A stretch of DNA of 64,000 bases, from NCBI RefSeq assembly GCF_009914755.1, contig NC_060935.1; one strand, given 5' to 3'. Source of the DNA: the human T2T-CHM13v2.0 reference genome, Homo sapiens. The position numbers and the translations under genes were made by a program. Under the pieces are notes generated by a model that had not been told where the DNA came from, made no database searches, and saw nothing but the letters and a program-made list of their open reading frames with translations. This document shows, piece by piece, positions 1 to 13,358 of the stretch. Each line of letters opens with the position of its first letter. The stretch's first letter is position 1.

Positions 1-790
1 CAAAGCTGGAACAATCTGAGTAAGAAAATAAAGTAGTATTGGATTATAATCCAAAGTATTAAATAAATATCCATTAATTCATACTGATATAAATGATTGA
101 ATAAATAAGTAAATGGCAGAGAAGAGGCAAATCTCTAGGTAGGACTCCAAATAATTTATGTAGATACTCCACCCTCAAGGGTGGACATAGTGACTTCCTT
201 CCAAAGAGTACAGTATGGAAAGGGAGGACACACTAGCTTCACAGTGGAGAAATCTGAATAATACCTTAGCTAAGTGATCAAGATTAATATTAACAAAGAT
301 AAATCGCCCTTGATTTTAAATACCCTTGATATGATGTGACGATAATGGTACTTTACCTCTGTGGTCTTTCTCCCAAAAAAACTATGACCCCAGTCTCATC
401 CTGAGAAAAACATCAGAAAAATCCCCATCGACAGACATTCTACAAGATACCCAACCAGTATTTCTCAAGACCGTAAGGTCATCAAAAACAAGGAAAGTCT
501 AAAAAACTATCACAGCTAAGAAGAGCCTAAGGGGGCATGGCAGCTAAAGGTAATATGGTATCTTGTGTAAGATCCTAGAACCAGAAATGAACCTTTGGTA
601 TATACAAATGAAATCTGAATTAAGTGTAAATTTTAGTTAATAATAATCTATCATTATGGGCTCATTAACTGTAGCAAATGTACCAAAGTATAGTCAAGTG
701 TTAAGGAAACTGGTGTGGGATATGTGGGAATTCTCTGTACCATCTTCATAATTTTTCTGTAAATCTAAAACTTATAAAAAATAAATTTTA
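1..790 (+). mobile_element. Old L1 (L1MC/L1MD-type) 3' region
   Basis: Characteristic 3'UTR motifs (gactt ccttccaaagagtacagtatggaaaggg; aaatctgaattaagtgtaaattttagttaataataat; gaattctctgtaccatcttc) ending in an A-rich tract. Confidence 0.7.
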
Positions 791-804
791 CCTAGAAAAC
801 TACA

Positions 805-955
805 AACCTAATGATGTGCATACTATTACTACTCCCACTTTATAGGGGAGGAAACCAAATCATGGAGAAAATAATTACCTCCTCACAGCTGCCAGAGCTG
901 GGATATGAACCAGTCTGATTGCTGAATCTGTGTTCCCACCCACTATACTCCACTG
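805..955 (-). mobile_element. MIR fragment
   Basis: Core resembling cccattttacagatgaggaaactgag and gagctgggatatgaacc. Confidence 0.55.
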
Positions 956-976
956 CCTCAAAAAGGAACTTGCTTC

Positions 977-1280
<304 letters not shown>

Positions 1281-1984
1281 GGAACTTGCTTCTTTCCCCA
1301 TGTTTACTAAAGGCTGTAATGACATCAGGGAAAGGGATCTAGTGAGCGCTTTCTCTCTTTCTCTGCTGGTATCCTCCCCACCCACTACCAGCTTTGGGCC
1401 AGGAAGGCCGAAGTAGAAAGGGAGCCGAAAGTACTGGAAGTTCCTGCTTGGCTGGTAACTGGAAACGACTGTAAGTTGGCATCAGGCTCTCTGGGTCCAA
1501 CATGCTTAAAGCTGAAGGTGTTTCCATGGGCTCTTTGGAGGCTGCTTGTGGGGCTCCAACCAAGGTCCCAAAAAGTAGGTATTTTTCTCCATATCCCCTC
1601 AGCTCTGGCTCTTGGCAGTTTATGTCCTGCCAGGCTGTTCCCTAAGGCAGGACATAAACAACTCTACCCCATCAGCACCAACAGCTGAAAGTCCAGAGAA
1701 ACACACAATACTAGACTCTCTACTCTCTCTTTGCTGCCATAGCAGCCTTAGATATCTGAGGTGTTCTCTACCTGCAAGGAACACACAGTGTGCACTTTTA
1801 ATCACCTGAAGCCCCTCTCCTCCCCCTCCCCTCCCCTCCAATTAGGCTGGCAGGGAGGAAGCAGGTGCATTAACACACACACACTCTCTCTCTCTCTTTT
1901 TCTCTCTCTTACTCTAGGGTCAAAGCTCAGCTTTCTCTAGTGAAATCCTGTGCACAAAATCTAATCCTCATACTTTGCACTTGA

Positions 1985-2401
<417 letters not shown>

Positions 2402-2444
2402 TGAAACTTGAACTTTAATGCCCTGGGCTTTTTTTATTGTTATT

Positions 2445-2782
2445 GCTTTTTAACTGTTACTTTAGGCTCAGGAGTACAGGTGAAGGTTTGCTACATAGGT
2501 AAACTCATGTCATGAGGTTTGTTGTACACATTATTTCATCACCCGAGTATTAAACCCAGTACCCAATAGTTATCTTTTCTTCTCCTCTCCCTCCTTCCAC
2601 CCTCCACTCTCAAGTAGACCCCTCAAGTTGTTCCCTTCTTTGTATTCATAAGTTCTCATTTAGCTCCCACTTATAAGTGAGAGCATGCAGCATTTGGTTT
2701 TCTCTTCCTGCATTAGTTTGCTAAGGATGATGGCCTCCAGCTCCAATCATTTTCCCACAAAAGACATGATCTCGTTCTTTCC
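2445..2782 (-). mobile_element. L1PA-type 3' end (older primate L1)
   Basis: gtttgctacataggtaaactcatgtc ... tttagctcccacttataagtgagagcatgcag ... atggcctccagctcc. Confidence 0.85.
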
Positions 2783-4016
2783 TGAGTTAATGTCCTGTTA
2801 TGTATGTATATAAGCACATATTCAGGGACCAAGAAATACTTGTGAGATAGCTTAGTCATTAGACAATGCTAAAGATAAACCTATAACTTTTTATGTTACC
2901 TCCCTAACTAGATTATAACCTCCTCTAGTGTTATAGTCACATCTTCTACATTTTTGCAGTGCATACACACATACACACACAAACACACAGGTATAGAAAC
3001 ATAATTCTATCCTAAAATTGACTCAAGAAATCCTGGTAGTTGATTTGATGATGTATCTCTGTATACTTAATTCTACAAAAGCAATCAAGCATGAATCTGA
3101 GGTTAGAAACACATACTTTGGAGCCAGAACTTGGACTGCTGGGTTTCCAGCTAAGTCACTAGTAACCACCTGCAAAGCTGGCTTGGTTTATCATCAGCCA
3201 CAGATTCAGACTAGCCAACCCTGAATATTAAATCAATGGAATGCCAAATGTTGCATCCAGAGCAAACTGAACACCCAAATATACATCATAATACATCATC
3301 CAGGTCAAATATTGTTTTTTACCTTATAATTTAACTGAATCTGTAAAAATAATATTATCAACTGGAAGATTAGCTCCTCTAAAATTGGCAGCGACAGAGC
3401 TTAAAATTCAGGTGAAATGCATCATTTTCACTCACAAGCTAGAAAATCAGCTGTGTTCACTAAATATGTAACAATGGGAGTATACCCATGGCTTCCCTGG
3501 TTTAAAGAAAAATCTTTTGTTTCTGAACGCTTCTGAATCGTTCTTCCTTGGCCAGCGATGCAGTTTTGCTTTCATAGCTCCTCCTTTACACAAGTGTGTC
3601 AAGTTTCTCATCTTCTATGTAGGGCCTTACAGGGATCCAGCACTGTAGTACAACAGGCTGTGCATGGACAATGGATGGATTGGTGGGTACTAAGGACCAA
3701 CCACTTGCTCCATCCCCAGTCCTCACCAAGCCTAGATTTTTTCCCTCCTCATTGCGAACACTCCCATCTGCATTGTTTCTCTACCTCCTCTTTTTCTTCC
3801 CTATTCACTAGCTCCAGGCTTACCTGCCTTTGGGGATGGAAAACTCTAGCTAAATATAGGCATGCATCAGTTTTCTTTTCTCCTGTTAGGCCAGGGGCTC
3901 TTAAGTATGTTTCTGCTTCCGTACAGTTTGTGGAGGGGAAGACAGCCCCCAGGGCACCCATGAAAGCAGAGAGAGAAAGATATGCTAAACTTGGAAAACT
4001 CACAGATGAATACTCT

Positions 4017-5445
4017 TGAGAGGTGACAGCGTGCTGGCAGTCCTCACAGCCCTCGCTCGCTCTCGGCGCCTCCTCTGCCTGGGCTCCCACTTTGGCGGCA
4101 CTTGAGGAGCCCTTCAGCCCACCGCTGCACTGTGGGCGCCCCTTTCTGGGCTGGCCAAGGCCGGAGCCGGCTCTCTCAGCTTGCAGGGAGGTGTGGAGGG
4201 AGAGGCGCGAGCGGCAACCGGGGCTGCGCGTGGCGCTTGCGGGCCATCTGGAGTTCCGGGTGGGCGTGGGCTTGGCGGGCCCCGCACTCGGAGCAGCCGG
4301 CAGGCCCTGCCGGCCCCGGGCAATGAGGGACTTAGCACCCGGGCCAGCGGCTGCGGAGGGTGTACTGGGTCCCTCAGCAGTGCCAGCCCACCGGCGCTGC
4401 GCTCGATTTCTCGCCGGACCTTAGCTGCCTTCCCGCGGGGCAGGCCTCGGGACTGCAGCCCGCCATGCCTGAGCCTCCCCCCGCTCCGTGGGCTCCTGTG
4501 CAGCCGGAGCCTCCCCGACCAGCGCCGCCCCCTGCTCCACGGCGCCCAGTCCCATCGATCACCCAAGGGCTGAGGAGTGCGAGCGCATGTCACGGGACTG
4601 GCAGGCAGCTCCACCTGCAGCCCTGGTGCGGGATCCACTAGGTAAAGCCAGCTGGGCTCCTGAGTCTGGTGGGGCCTTGGAGAACCTTTATGTCTAGCTC
4701 AGGGATTGTAAATACACCAATCGGCACTCTGTATCTAGCTCAAGGTTTGTAAACACACCAATCAGCACCCTGTGTCTAGCTCAGGGTTTGTGAATGCACC
4801 AATCCACACTCTGTATCTAGCTACTCTGGTGGGGCCTTGGAGAACCTTTGTGTGGACACTCTCTATCTAGCTAATCTGGTGGGGACCTGGAGAACCTTTG
4901 TGTCTAGCTCAGGGATTGTAAATGCACCAATCAGCGCCCTGTCAAAACAGACCACTGGGCTCTACTAATCAGCAGGATGTGGGTGGGGCCAGATAAAAGA
5001 ATAAAAGCAGGCTGCTGGAGCCAGCAGTGGCAACCCGCTCGAGTCCCCTTCCACACTGTGGAAGCTTTGTTCTTTCGCTCTTTGCAATAAATCTTGCTAC
5101 TGCTCACTCTTTGGGTCCACGCTGCTTTTGTGAGCTGTAACACTCACCGCGAAGGTCTGCAGCTTCACTCCTGAAGCCAGCGAGACCACGAGCCCACCGG
5201 GAGGAAGGAACAACTCCAGACGAGCTGCCTTAAGAGCTGTAACACTCACCGCCAAGGTCTGCAGCTTCACTCCTGGAGCCAGCCAGACCACGAACCCACC
5301 GGAAGGAAGAAACTCTGAACACATCCGAACATCAGAAGGAACAAACTTCAGACGCGCCACCTTAAGAGCTGTAACACTCACCGCGAGGGTCCGCGGCTTC
5401 ATTCTTGAAGTCAGTGAGACCAAGAACCCACCAATTCAGGATACA
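4017..5445 (+). mobile_element. Solo LTR12C-type (ERV9) LTR
   Basis: Begins TGAGAGGTGACAGCGTGCTGGCAG and ends ...CCACCAATTCAGGATACA. Has a CpG-rich U3, 41-bp CCAAT repeats (4717, 4758, 4799, plus 4927), AATAAA near 5086 and U5 repeats (gctgtaacactcaccgc). Flanks are CTCT/CTTT, a degenerate 4-bp TSD. Confidence 0.95.
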
Positions 5446-6220
5446 CTTTGACCTATAGCTGCACCATAAATGCTTTCCAATCTGTGTCTTCTCCTCTTCG
5501 CAAAAACTGCTCTCCTTGTTCACCTCCCATGTTGTGTTCTTTAAAGGCAAAATGGTTTGAAAACAAAAAGTGACACAATTTGAACATGTTTAACGAAGCT
5601 AGACAAGAGATTAATAAACAGAGGCAGGATCATGGCCAAACAAGAGAATTTCATGTGAGGCTATGTTGAGACCATGGTCAGGGACAGTAGAAAAGGGAAT
5701 CTTAGAGTTAAGACCACAGTTGGTGGCCAGTGACCAGGCAAGGAAAGTAATCGTCAGCCAAGGGAAACCATGCCTGGTGCCATCCACAAGGTGGTAATCT
5801 ACAACAGCTAGCTACATTTTTCCTGATTGGGAGAGGAAAAGGTACTAAAGCTCTATAGGAATTCATCAGATCCAAAAGAATGAATTGGAGCTCCTCTAGG
5901 TTGAATATGTGAACCAAATCAGTCAAGATGGAAATAAATTCTAGAATAGCTCCATAGATGTTCCAATACCTATGTCTGGTCTGAGAAGGTTTCAATAGAC
6001 ATGATTTTTTGGATTCTTCGTGGACTTTGAGTTTACTCTAAGAAGGCAATCAATAATCCTACATCTTCATCTCTAACTCTCATTTCAAAGTGCATAAAAA
6101 TCTATAAAGACCCAACACCAAGTGATTTTTATTATTTGTTTCTGATTAAGATAGCACCTGATTAAGGTATTAGGAAAAATCTATGTTTTCATCCAGAAAC
6201 TTCTACAACTTCTTACTGAT

Positions 6221-6306
6221 AAAAGTAATTATCAGTTATAATTATAATTATAAATATAAATATAAAACATAAAATATAATTATAATTATAACTGATAATT
6301 ACTTTT
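6221..6306. repeat. Perfect inverted repeat with 32-bp arms and a 22-nt spacer
   Basis: 6221-6252 AAAAGTAATTATCAGTTATAATTATAATTATA is the exact reverse complement of 6275-6306. Confidence 0.92.
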
Positions 6307-6395
6307 GCCTTTACTCTCCTTGTTCACCTCCCACGTTGTGTTCTTTGAAGGCAAAATGGTTTGAAAACAGAAAATGGCACAATTTGAACATGTTC

Positions 6396-6504
6396 AAAGG
6401 GACACTTACGTCCTTAAAAGAAAAGTTTATCATGTAAAAGTAATTATCAGTTATAATTACTTTTATACGATAAACTTTTCTTTTAAGGACGTAAGTGTCC
6501 CTTT
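6396..6504. repeat. Near-perfect palindrome with 52-bp arms (50/52) and a 5-nt loop
   Basis: 6396-6447 versus the reverse complement of 6453-6504. Loop is CAGTT. Confidence 0.92.
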
Positions 6505-6707
6505 TGGAACAAATCATGTTCCAGAGGCTTGTAACCAGTATATTGCTCTGTCTCAACTCAATGGTGTATGAACACAAAGCAGTTTCATTTTTCTCTAATG
6601 TAATTACTCCTTCACTGAAGCTCAATCAAATCTGCCCTTTGCATCCTTAATTGCATCCTAGGAAGATTTCAAAACTTTGTCCTTTATTTTCTATTATTAA
6701 AAGTCAG

Positions 6708-8930
6708 TCCACCACAGCTAACATCTTACTGAAAGGGGAAAAGCTGAAAGCCTTTTCTCTAAAAACTAGAACAAGGATGACCACTCTCACCACTCATTCA
6801 ACGTAGGACTGGAAGTTCTAGTCAGAACAATTAGGCAAGAGAAACAAATAAAGAGCATCCAAATTAGACAGGAGAAAGTCAAATTGCCATTGTTTGCAGG
6901 TGACATAATTTTATAGACAGAAAAACCTAAATATTTGACCAAAGAACTCTTAGAACTGCTAAACGAATTCAGTAAAGTTGCTGAATACAAAATTGATACA
7001 CAAAAATTAGTAGCACTTCTGTACATGAACAAATTAACTAGGTGAAAAAGAAATCAAGAAGGCAATCCCATTTATAATAGCTACAAAAATAATACCTAGG
7101 AATAAATTTAACCAAGGAGGTAAAAGACCTTTACAAGGAAAACTACAAAACACTACTGAAAGAAATTGAAGAGGGTACAAACAAATAAAAAGACATCCCA
7201 TGCCCATAGGACAGAAGAATTAATATTGTTAAAATAACAATACTACCCTAAGCAATCTAGAAACTCAATGCAATCCCTATAAAAATACCAATGACGTTTT
7301 TCACAGAAATAGAAATAAAATCCTAACACTTATATGGAATCACAAAAACCCCAAATAGCCAAAGCAACCCTGAGCAAAAAGAACGAAGCCAGAGTTATCA
7401 CAGTTCCAGACATCAAAATATACTACAAAGCTGTAGTAACCAAAACAGCATGGTGCTGACATAAAAACAGGCACATAGACTGATGGAACAGAACAGAGAA
7501 CCCAGAAAGTAATCCACATATCTGAAGCCAAATGATTTTTGACAAAGGTGCCAAGAACACTCATTGGGGAGAAGATAGTCTTTTCAATAAATGGTGCTGG
7601 GAAAACTGGATATCCATATCCAAAAGAATGAAACTAGACTCCCCACATGTCACCCTTTACAAAAATCAACTCCAAATGGATCAAAGACCTAAATGTAAGA
7701 CCTGAAACAATAAAATTACTAGAAGAAAACATAGCACAAATGCTTCAAGACTTTCATCTGAGAAAAGATTTTATGAATAAGACCTCAAAAGCAAAGATAA
7801 CAAAAGCAAAAATAAACAAATGGGATTATAGCAAACTAAAAAGCTCTGCACAGCAAAGGAAATAATCAATACAGTTAAAAGACAACCTACAGAATGGGAG
7901 AAAATATTTGCAAATTCCTTATCCAAAAGGGGATTAATCTCCAGAATCTATGAAGAACTGAAATATCTTCTTAGCAAAAAAAAATCCAATGGATCTGAAG
8001 AGACATTTCTCAAAAGAAGATATACAAATAGCTGAAAAATATATGAAAAAAAATGTTCAGCATTACTAATCATCAGGGAAATTCAGAGCAAAACCACAGT
8101 TATCGCTATTATCAAAAAGATGAAAAGTAACAAATGCTGATGAGGATGCAGAGAAAGGGGAATTTTTATATACTGTTGGTGGGAATGCCAACTAGTACAG
8201 CCACTATGCAGAACAGGATGGAGGTTCCTAACTACAAATAGAACTACCATATGGTCTCACAATCACACTGCTGGGAATTTATCCAAAGGAAAAGAAATCA
8301 TTATATTGGAGAGACATCTGCACCCCCATGCTTATTGCAGCCCTATTCACAGTAATCGAGATATGGAACCAAGCTTGGTGTCCAACAACAGATGTGTGGA
8401 CAAAGAAAATGTGATATATGTACACCATAGAATATTATTTGGCATTAGAAGACAATGAAATCCTGTCATTTGGGGCAACATGGATGGAATTAGAGGACAT
8501 TATGTTAAGTGAAGTAAGCCAGAAACAGAAAGTTAAATACCTCATGTTCTCACTCATGTGAAAGCAGAAAAAAAGCTTATCTCCTAGAAGTAAAAAGTAG
8601 AACAGAGGATACTAGAGGCTGGGAAGGGTAGGAGGAAGGAAGAGATAGGAGAGATTTTTTTAAAGGATACAAAATTACAGCTAGATAGGAGGAATCAGTT
8701 CTAGCTTTCTACACCACTGTAGGATAACTGTAGTTAATAAAGTAGAGTTTCAAAGAGCTAGAAGGAGGAAATTGAATATTCCCAACACAAACAAATAGTA
8801 AATGTTTAAGATGAACATGCTGATTACCTTGATCTGATCACATTATGTATATTGAAACATCAATATGTACTTCATGAATATGTAGAATTATTATTAGTTG
8901 ATTAAAAATATGTAATTACATTTTTAAAAA
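6708..8930 (+). mobile_element. 5'-truncated L1 (L1MA1/2-like): decayed ORF2 C-terminal part plus 3'UTR
   Basis: RT-region remnants (ttgtttgcaggtgacataatt = LFA(G)DII; ORF 7647 [27 protein letters not shown]) with many stops, followed by an L1MA-type 3'UTR. Confidence 0.92.
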
Positions 8931-9790
8931 GCAGTGTGGAAGAGAAATCAAGGCCTCAGATATTGTGAAGCAGAGGTAGGCTACCCACATCCACACTGGG
9001 CCTTGTCCAAATTTGTGAACCAGAGAATCTGTGAGCAAAGTAAGATGGTGTTTGTTTTACTCTACTAAGTTTGGAGTGGTTTGTTATGACTTGGAGGTTG
9101 TTGTTTGTGTATGACAGCTGGAACTGTGGTTGCCACCTGGGGACCTTGAGGTAGCGAGAGTAAGAATCAGCCAACGGAATTGGAAAGGACCTTATTCCCC
9201 AGTGACATTATTGAATAAATTAATTGACCAGTCCAAGAACTGCTCTGCCTACTGACCTTTTATTATATGTGATTATAAAGTCATTTTTGTTTTGGTCACT
9301 TGGGGGAAAAAAACTACTCCAATTAAAACTTTAATCTCAAACTTGATTAACACGTCATGTCCTCTCCTCCTGTGAGTACGGTTTGTTTAAGCTAAGACTT
9401 GGGCGTAAAGGCTCGGAGGTGCTTCCTCCACCCACTCTTCAAGGCCTGCTTTCTTCAGTTGGTCAGCAGGAAGGAGGCAGAGGGCTGGAAGGAGGTGTCT
9501 CTTACAACTGACTGCTATGGTTCCTCTCCCCATAGGTTACTCTGCTTCTCAGGGAAGCATGGACTAGCTCTAAACACCTTCAATGTGGTTGGTGTTCAAA
9601 TCCCTGCTCTTTCAAGGAGCCCATGTGAGAGTTCTCCTCAGGGCTCCCAGGCCCCAGCATAGTACACTTCCCTGACCCAGGAGACTTGTCTCTGGTCCTA
9701 CCTCTCGGCTCCCCATAGCTTCCACCTCTAGGGGTACTTGTGACAGCACCATGACAACTCATTGCCAGAGTCCCCTTCTCATCTGGAAGC

Positions 9791-10089
<299 letters not shown>

Positions 10090-10459
10090 AGAAGCTATCT
10101 GAAGTGGCTCAAGCTACCTTCCCCTGTGACCTCTAGGCCCATGGGTGACATGTTCATACTTGCCTTGGTCACACCCCCACCCTGCCCTGCCATCTCTCAG
10201 TTCTCTTTCTCCTGCTTAGTGGGGCCCAGAGCAGATCAGCAAGTCATCCAACTGGGGGCCAAGATGTCAGCCTCCCTTTCCAAGGCACCTCTAATTTCTA
10301 CAAGTAATTTTCTTGGAGCCTCGCCTCACTGGGCTGGCTGGGGGTGAGAGGGTGGGGATATAAATTTCACCTCAGGGGGAAGAGAAGAAATAATTTCTCA
10401 ACACAAATGCCTCACACTCATGGCTTTCTTCCCCATTCCTCCTTCTTCACACACCCCCA

Positions 10460-10839
10460 TCCTAGTTGATTCCTGCTGCTGTAACAAACTATCTTAGACT
10501 TAGACTAGGTAATTTACAAAGAAATTTATTTCTTACAGTTCTGGAGGCTGGGAAGTCCAAAATCAAGGCACCAGCATTTGGTGTCTGGTGAGGGACTTCT
10601 TACTCCATCTTCACATGGCAGAAGGGGCAGTGTGTCCTCATATGGCATAAGGCAGAAGGGCAAAAAGAGCTGAGTTAGTTCCCTTGAACCCTTTCACGAG
10701 GGCCCTAATCTCATTTCCGAGAGTGGAGCCCTCGTGGCCTAATCACCTCTGAGAGGCCCCACCTCTTGATACTATCACATTGGGTCTTAGGTTCCATCAT
10801 AATGAATTTTGGGGGAACACACAGATTCAAACCATAGCA
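10460..10839 (-). mobile_element. MaLR LTR (MST-like)
   Basis: tttatttcttacagttctggaggctgggaagtccaaaatcaagg ... cagattcaaaccatagca. Confidence 0.8.
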
Positions 10840-12279
10840 CCCCCTTCCTAGTTTTCTTATGTAGACTTGCGAGAGGGATACAAGTGGCTAATGGTAGAAG
10901 GAGCTACTCGTTACCTCCTAACCAGTCTGGGTGGGGGTGGCTTCCAGGGACCTCCAGGGCTTGGTGGGTCTCCTTACAATGGAAGATAGTTCACACCTCT
11001 TGTTTCCAGCTATGGCCCTAGTGCCCATTTAGGGATATCAGGAGAAGGACCACTCAACATCCTTCAGCAGCCTTCAACAAAAAATGGGCAAGCTTTAATA
11101 AAAGAAAAAAAAAAAACAAAATATTTTCACCACAGAATCCAAGGCACAAATCTGTTTGTCAGGGATGAGTGAGACTATGTATATCTTTTGTGTGTAGACA
11201 CAGAAATCCTCTCCTGACCAAAAGGTTCAGCTCCTGCGTGAGCCGGTCAGGAAGAAAGGGCTAGTTCTCCAGCTGAGGAAATCAAACAGCTGTTTAGCGG
11301 CAGGGAACGGCTCCCAAGACTTCAAGACCCTGACACCTGAGGGGGATCATCTCAAAAATCCTCAGCTCGTGGAAGATTTTATTTTCCCCATTATCCAGTC
11401 CTCACTTACCCCCAACAGTCAGTCAAGAAGCCACTAACTGGAGGACAAATTGGAAGGACATAAAGCACAAACAGTTCAGAGAAGTCGGAGAGGCCAAGAG
11501 TTGTTATCAATAGAGTAGAGGTTATTCTCTTAGTGATTTTCAGAGTAAGCCCCTAAGAAGATGGGAATTTCATTTTAAACTTAATAAAGAATAGAGGACT
11601 ACTGTATCCAGGGGGCTGACTGTGTTCTCTCCCTTCACAGCTCCGTGCATCCAATAGTTGGCCAGTGAACCAATGACTTTGCAGTCCCTACTGTTTGCAA
11701 TGTGGAGACAGACAGGAGAGCCGGTTCCCACCCCTAGACTGCTGGGAGGGAAGACACGCACTCCAGTAACAATGCCCAGCAGATACAAAGCATATTGGCA
11801 CAGTACCTGGCTATAAGAATCACTGAATAAATGATTTTATACCAAACTGATTTCAAAGGTTTTATATCAGAGTACCCAGAAATGTAAACCAGAACAAAAG
11901 TGCCAAGTTAGATGCACAATGGTTACAAGGGAAGGGAGTGCCGAGAGCAAGCTGATTGTGGGCAGGATGTTGGGGGCGGGGCAGCCAACTTTGAGTTGGA
12001 ACGCTGGAGTTACAGTGTAGGGGTTCTGCCTCCCACAGAAAAAAATTCAAGGCCAGGGGAGCAGATTACCAATCTTGTGTCAGCTTTGTGGTCAGAAGGA
12101 GAAGTAGCGTTCTCTCAGTCCTGGAAGGAGGAGGCATACCAAGTATCCTTCTTAGAAGACTAGAAAAGATGTGGGCTCGTATTTTATCGTGAGGGCCAGG
12201 AAGATGGCAAATGGAGCCTACCAAGGACCAAAGTTTGCTTGGTTTCATCTAGTGTCTAACTGGATCAAATAAATCTAGT

Positions 12280-12475
12280 GCTAATAAATAACAGCTACAT
12301 CATTACAATGGAACAATCCTGAGACAGGCCAATGTCTTTCTCCCCATTTCTCAGATGAGGAAACTGAGGCACAGAGAAGCTATGTGACTCGCCCATGTTT
12401 ACATCATTTGTAAGTGGAGCCGGGATTCAAACCTGGCCCTATAGATTCAGAGCCTGTGCCCTTAACCACATGGCT
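12280..12475 (-). mobile_element. MIR
   Basis: ccccatttctcagatgaggaaactgaggcacagagaag ... gagccgggattcaaacc. Confidence 0.8.
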
Positions 12476-12786
12476 TTCCCACCTGTGGTAAACTAGAGAG
12501 TTCTGCATGCCCAGACCGCTCAGAGAAAGAGGCACCTCCTCTATGTGCCATGCTATGTAGTGATCCACAGCAAAGCGTAGGGGAAAGAATTGGAGGGATA
12601 GGCAGGGAAGGTCGGGAAATGGATTCCTTCTCTGCAACCAGTCATGGAAGGAGCATTTCAGGTTGATGTCCGCGATTTTCAGGAAGAAAAGAGTACATTC
12701 CTTCCAGGTCACTGCAGTTCCCAAAAAAATCCTCGCTCTTGCCCAGCTGCCGGGGCAAGCCCTTTTGGCGAGCTGCGGATAGGGTT

Positions 12787-12806
12787 GAGGCACCACCTAG
12801 TGGCTT
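12787..12806 (-). promoter_or_regulatory. Candidate CTCF site
   Basis: The minus strand reads GCCACTAGGTGGTGCC, close to the CCASYAGRKGGCRS core. It lies in a non-repeat patch that retains several CpGs (12660-12960). Confidence 0.5.
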
Positions 12807-12842
12807 AAACTGAAAATACTCCCAAATGAATGTCCCTGGTGA

Positions 12843-13358
<516 letters not shown>

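Noticed and set aside
4660-5400. Regularly spaced repeats that could resemble a CRISPR-like array
   Set aside because: These are the normal U3 (41-bp) and U5 tandem repeats of LTR12, with no unique spacers, in a mammalian context.
4023-5423. Many overlapping GC-rich ORFs (up to 174 aa) and a CpG-island-like stretch
   Set aside because: They lie entirely within the LTR12C, where open frames follow from the GC-rich composition. Not a host gene promoter or CDS.
6221-6464. MADE1/Hsmar1 identity for the hairpins (shared AAAAGTAATT...AATTACTTTT)
   Set aside because: The outer TIR sequence TTAGGTTGGTGC is absent. Only a 10-bp AT-rich core matches.
7340-7865. L1 ORF2-like ORFs
   Set aside because: Fragments of a truncated, stop-riddled L1 that cannot be functional.
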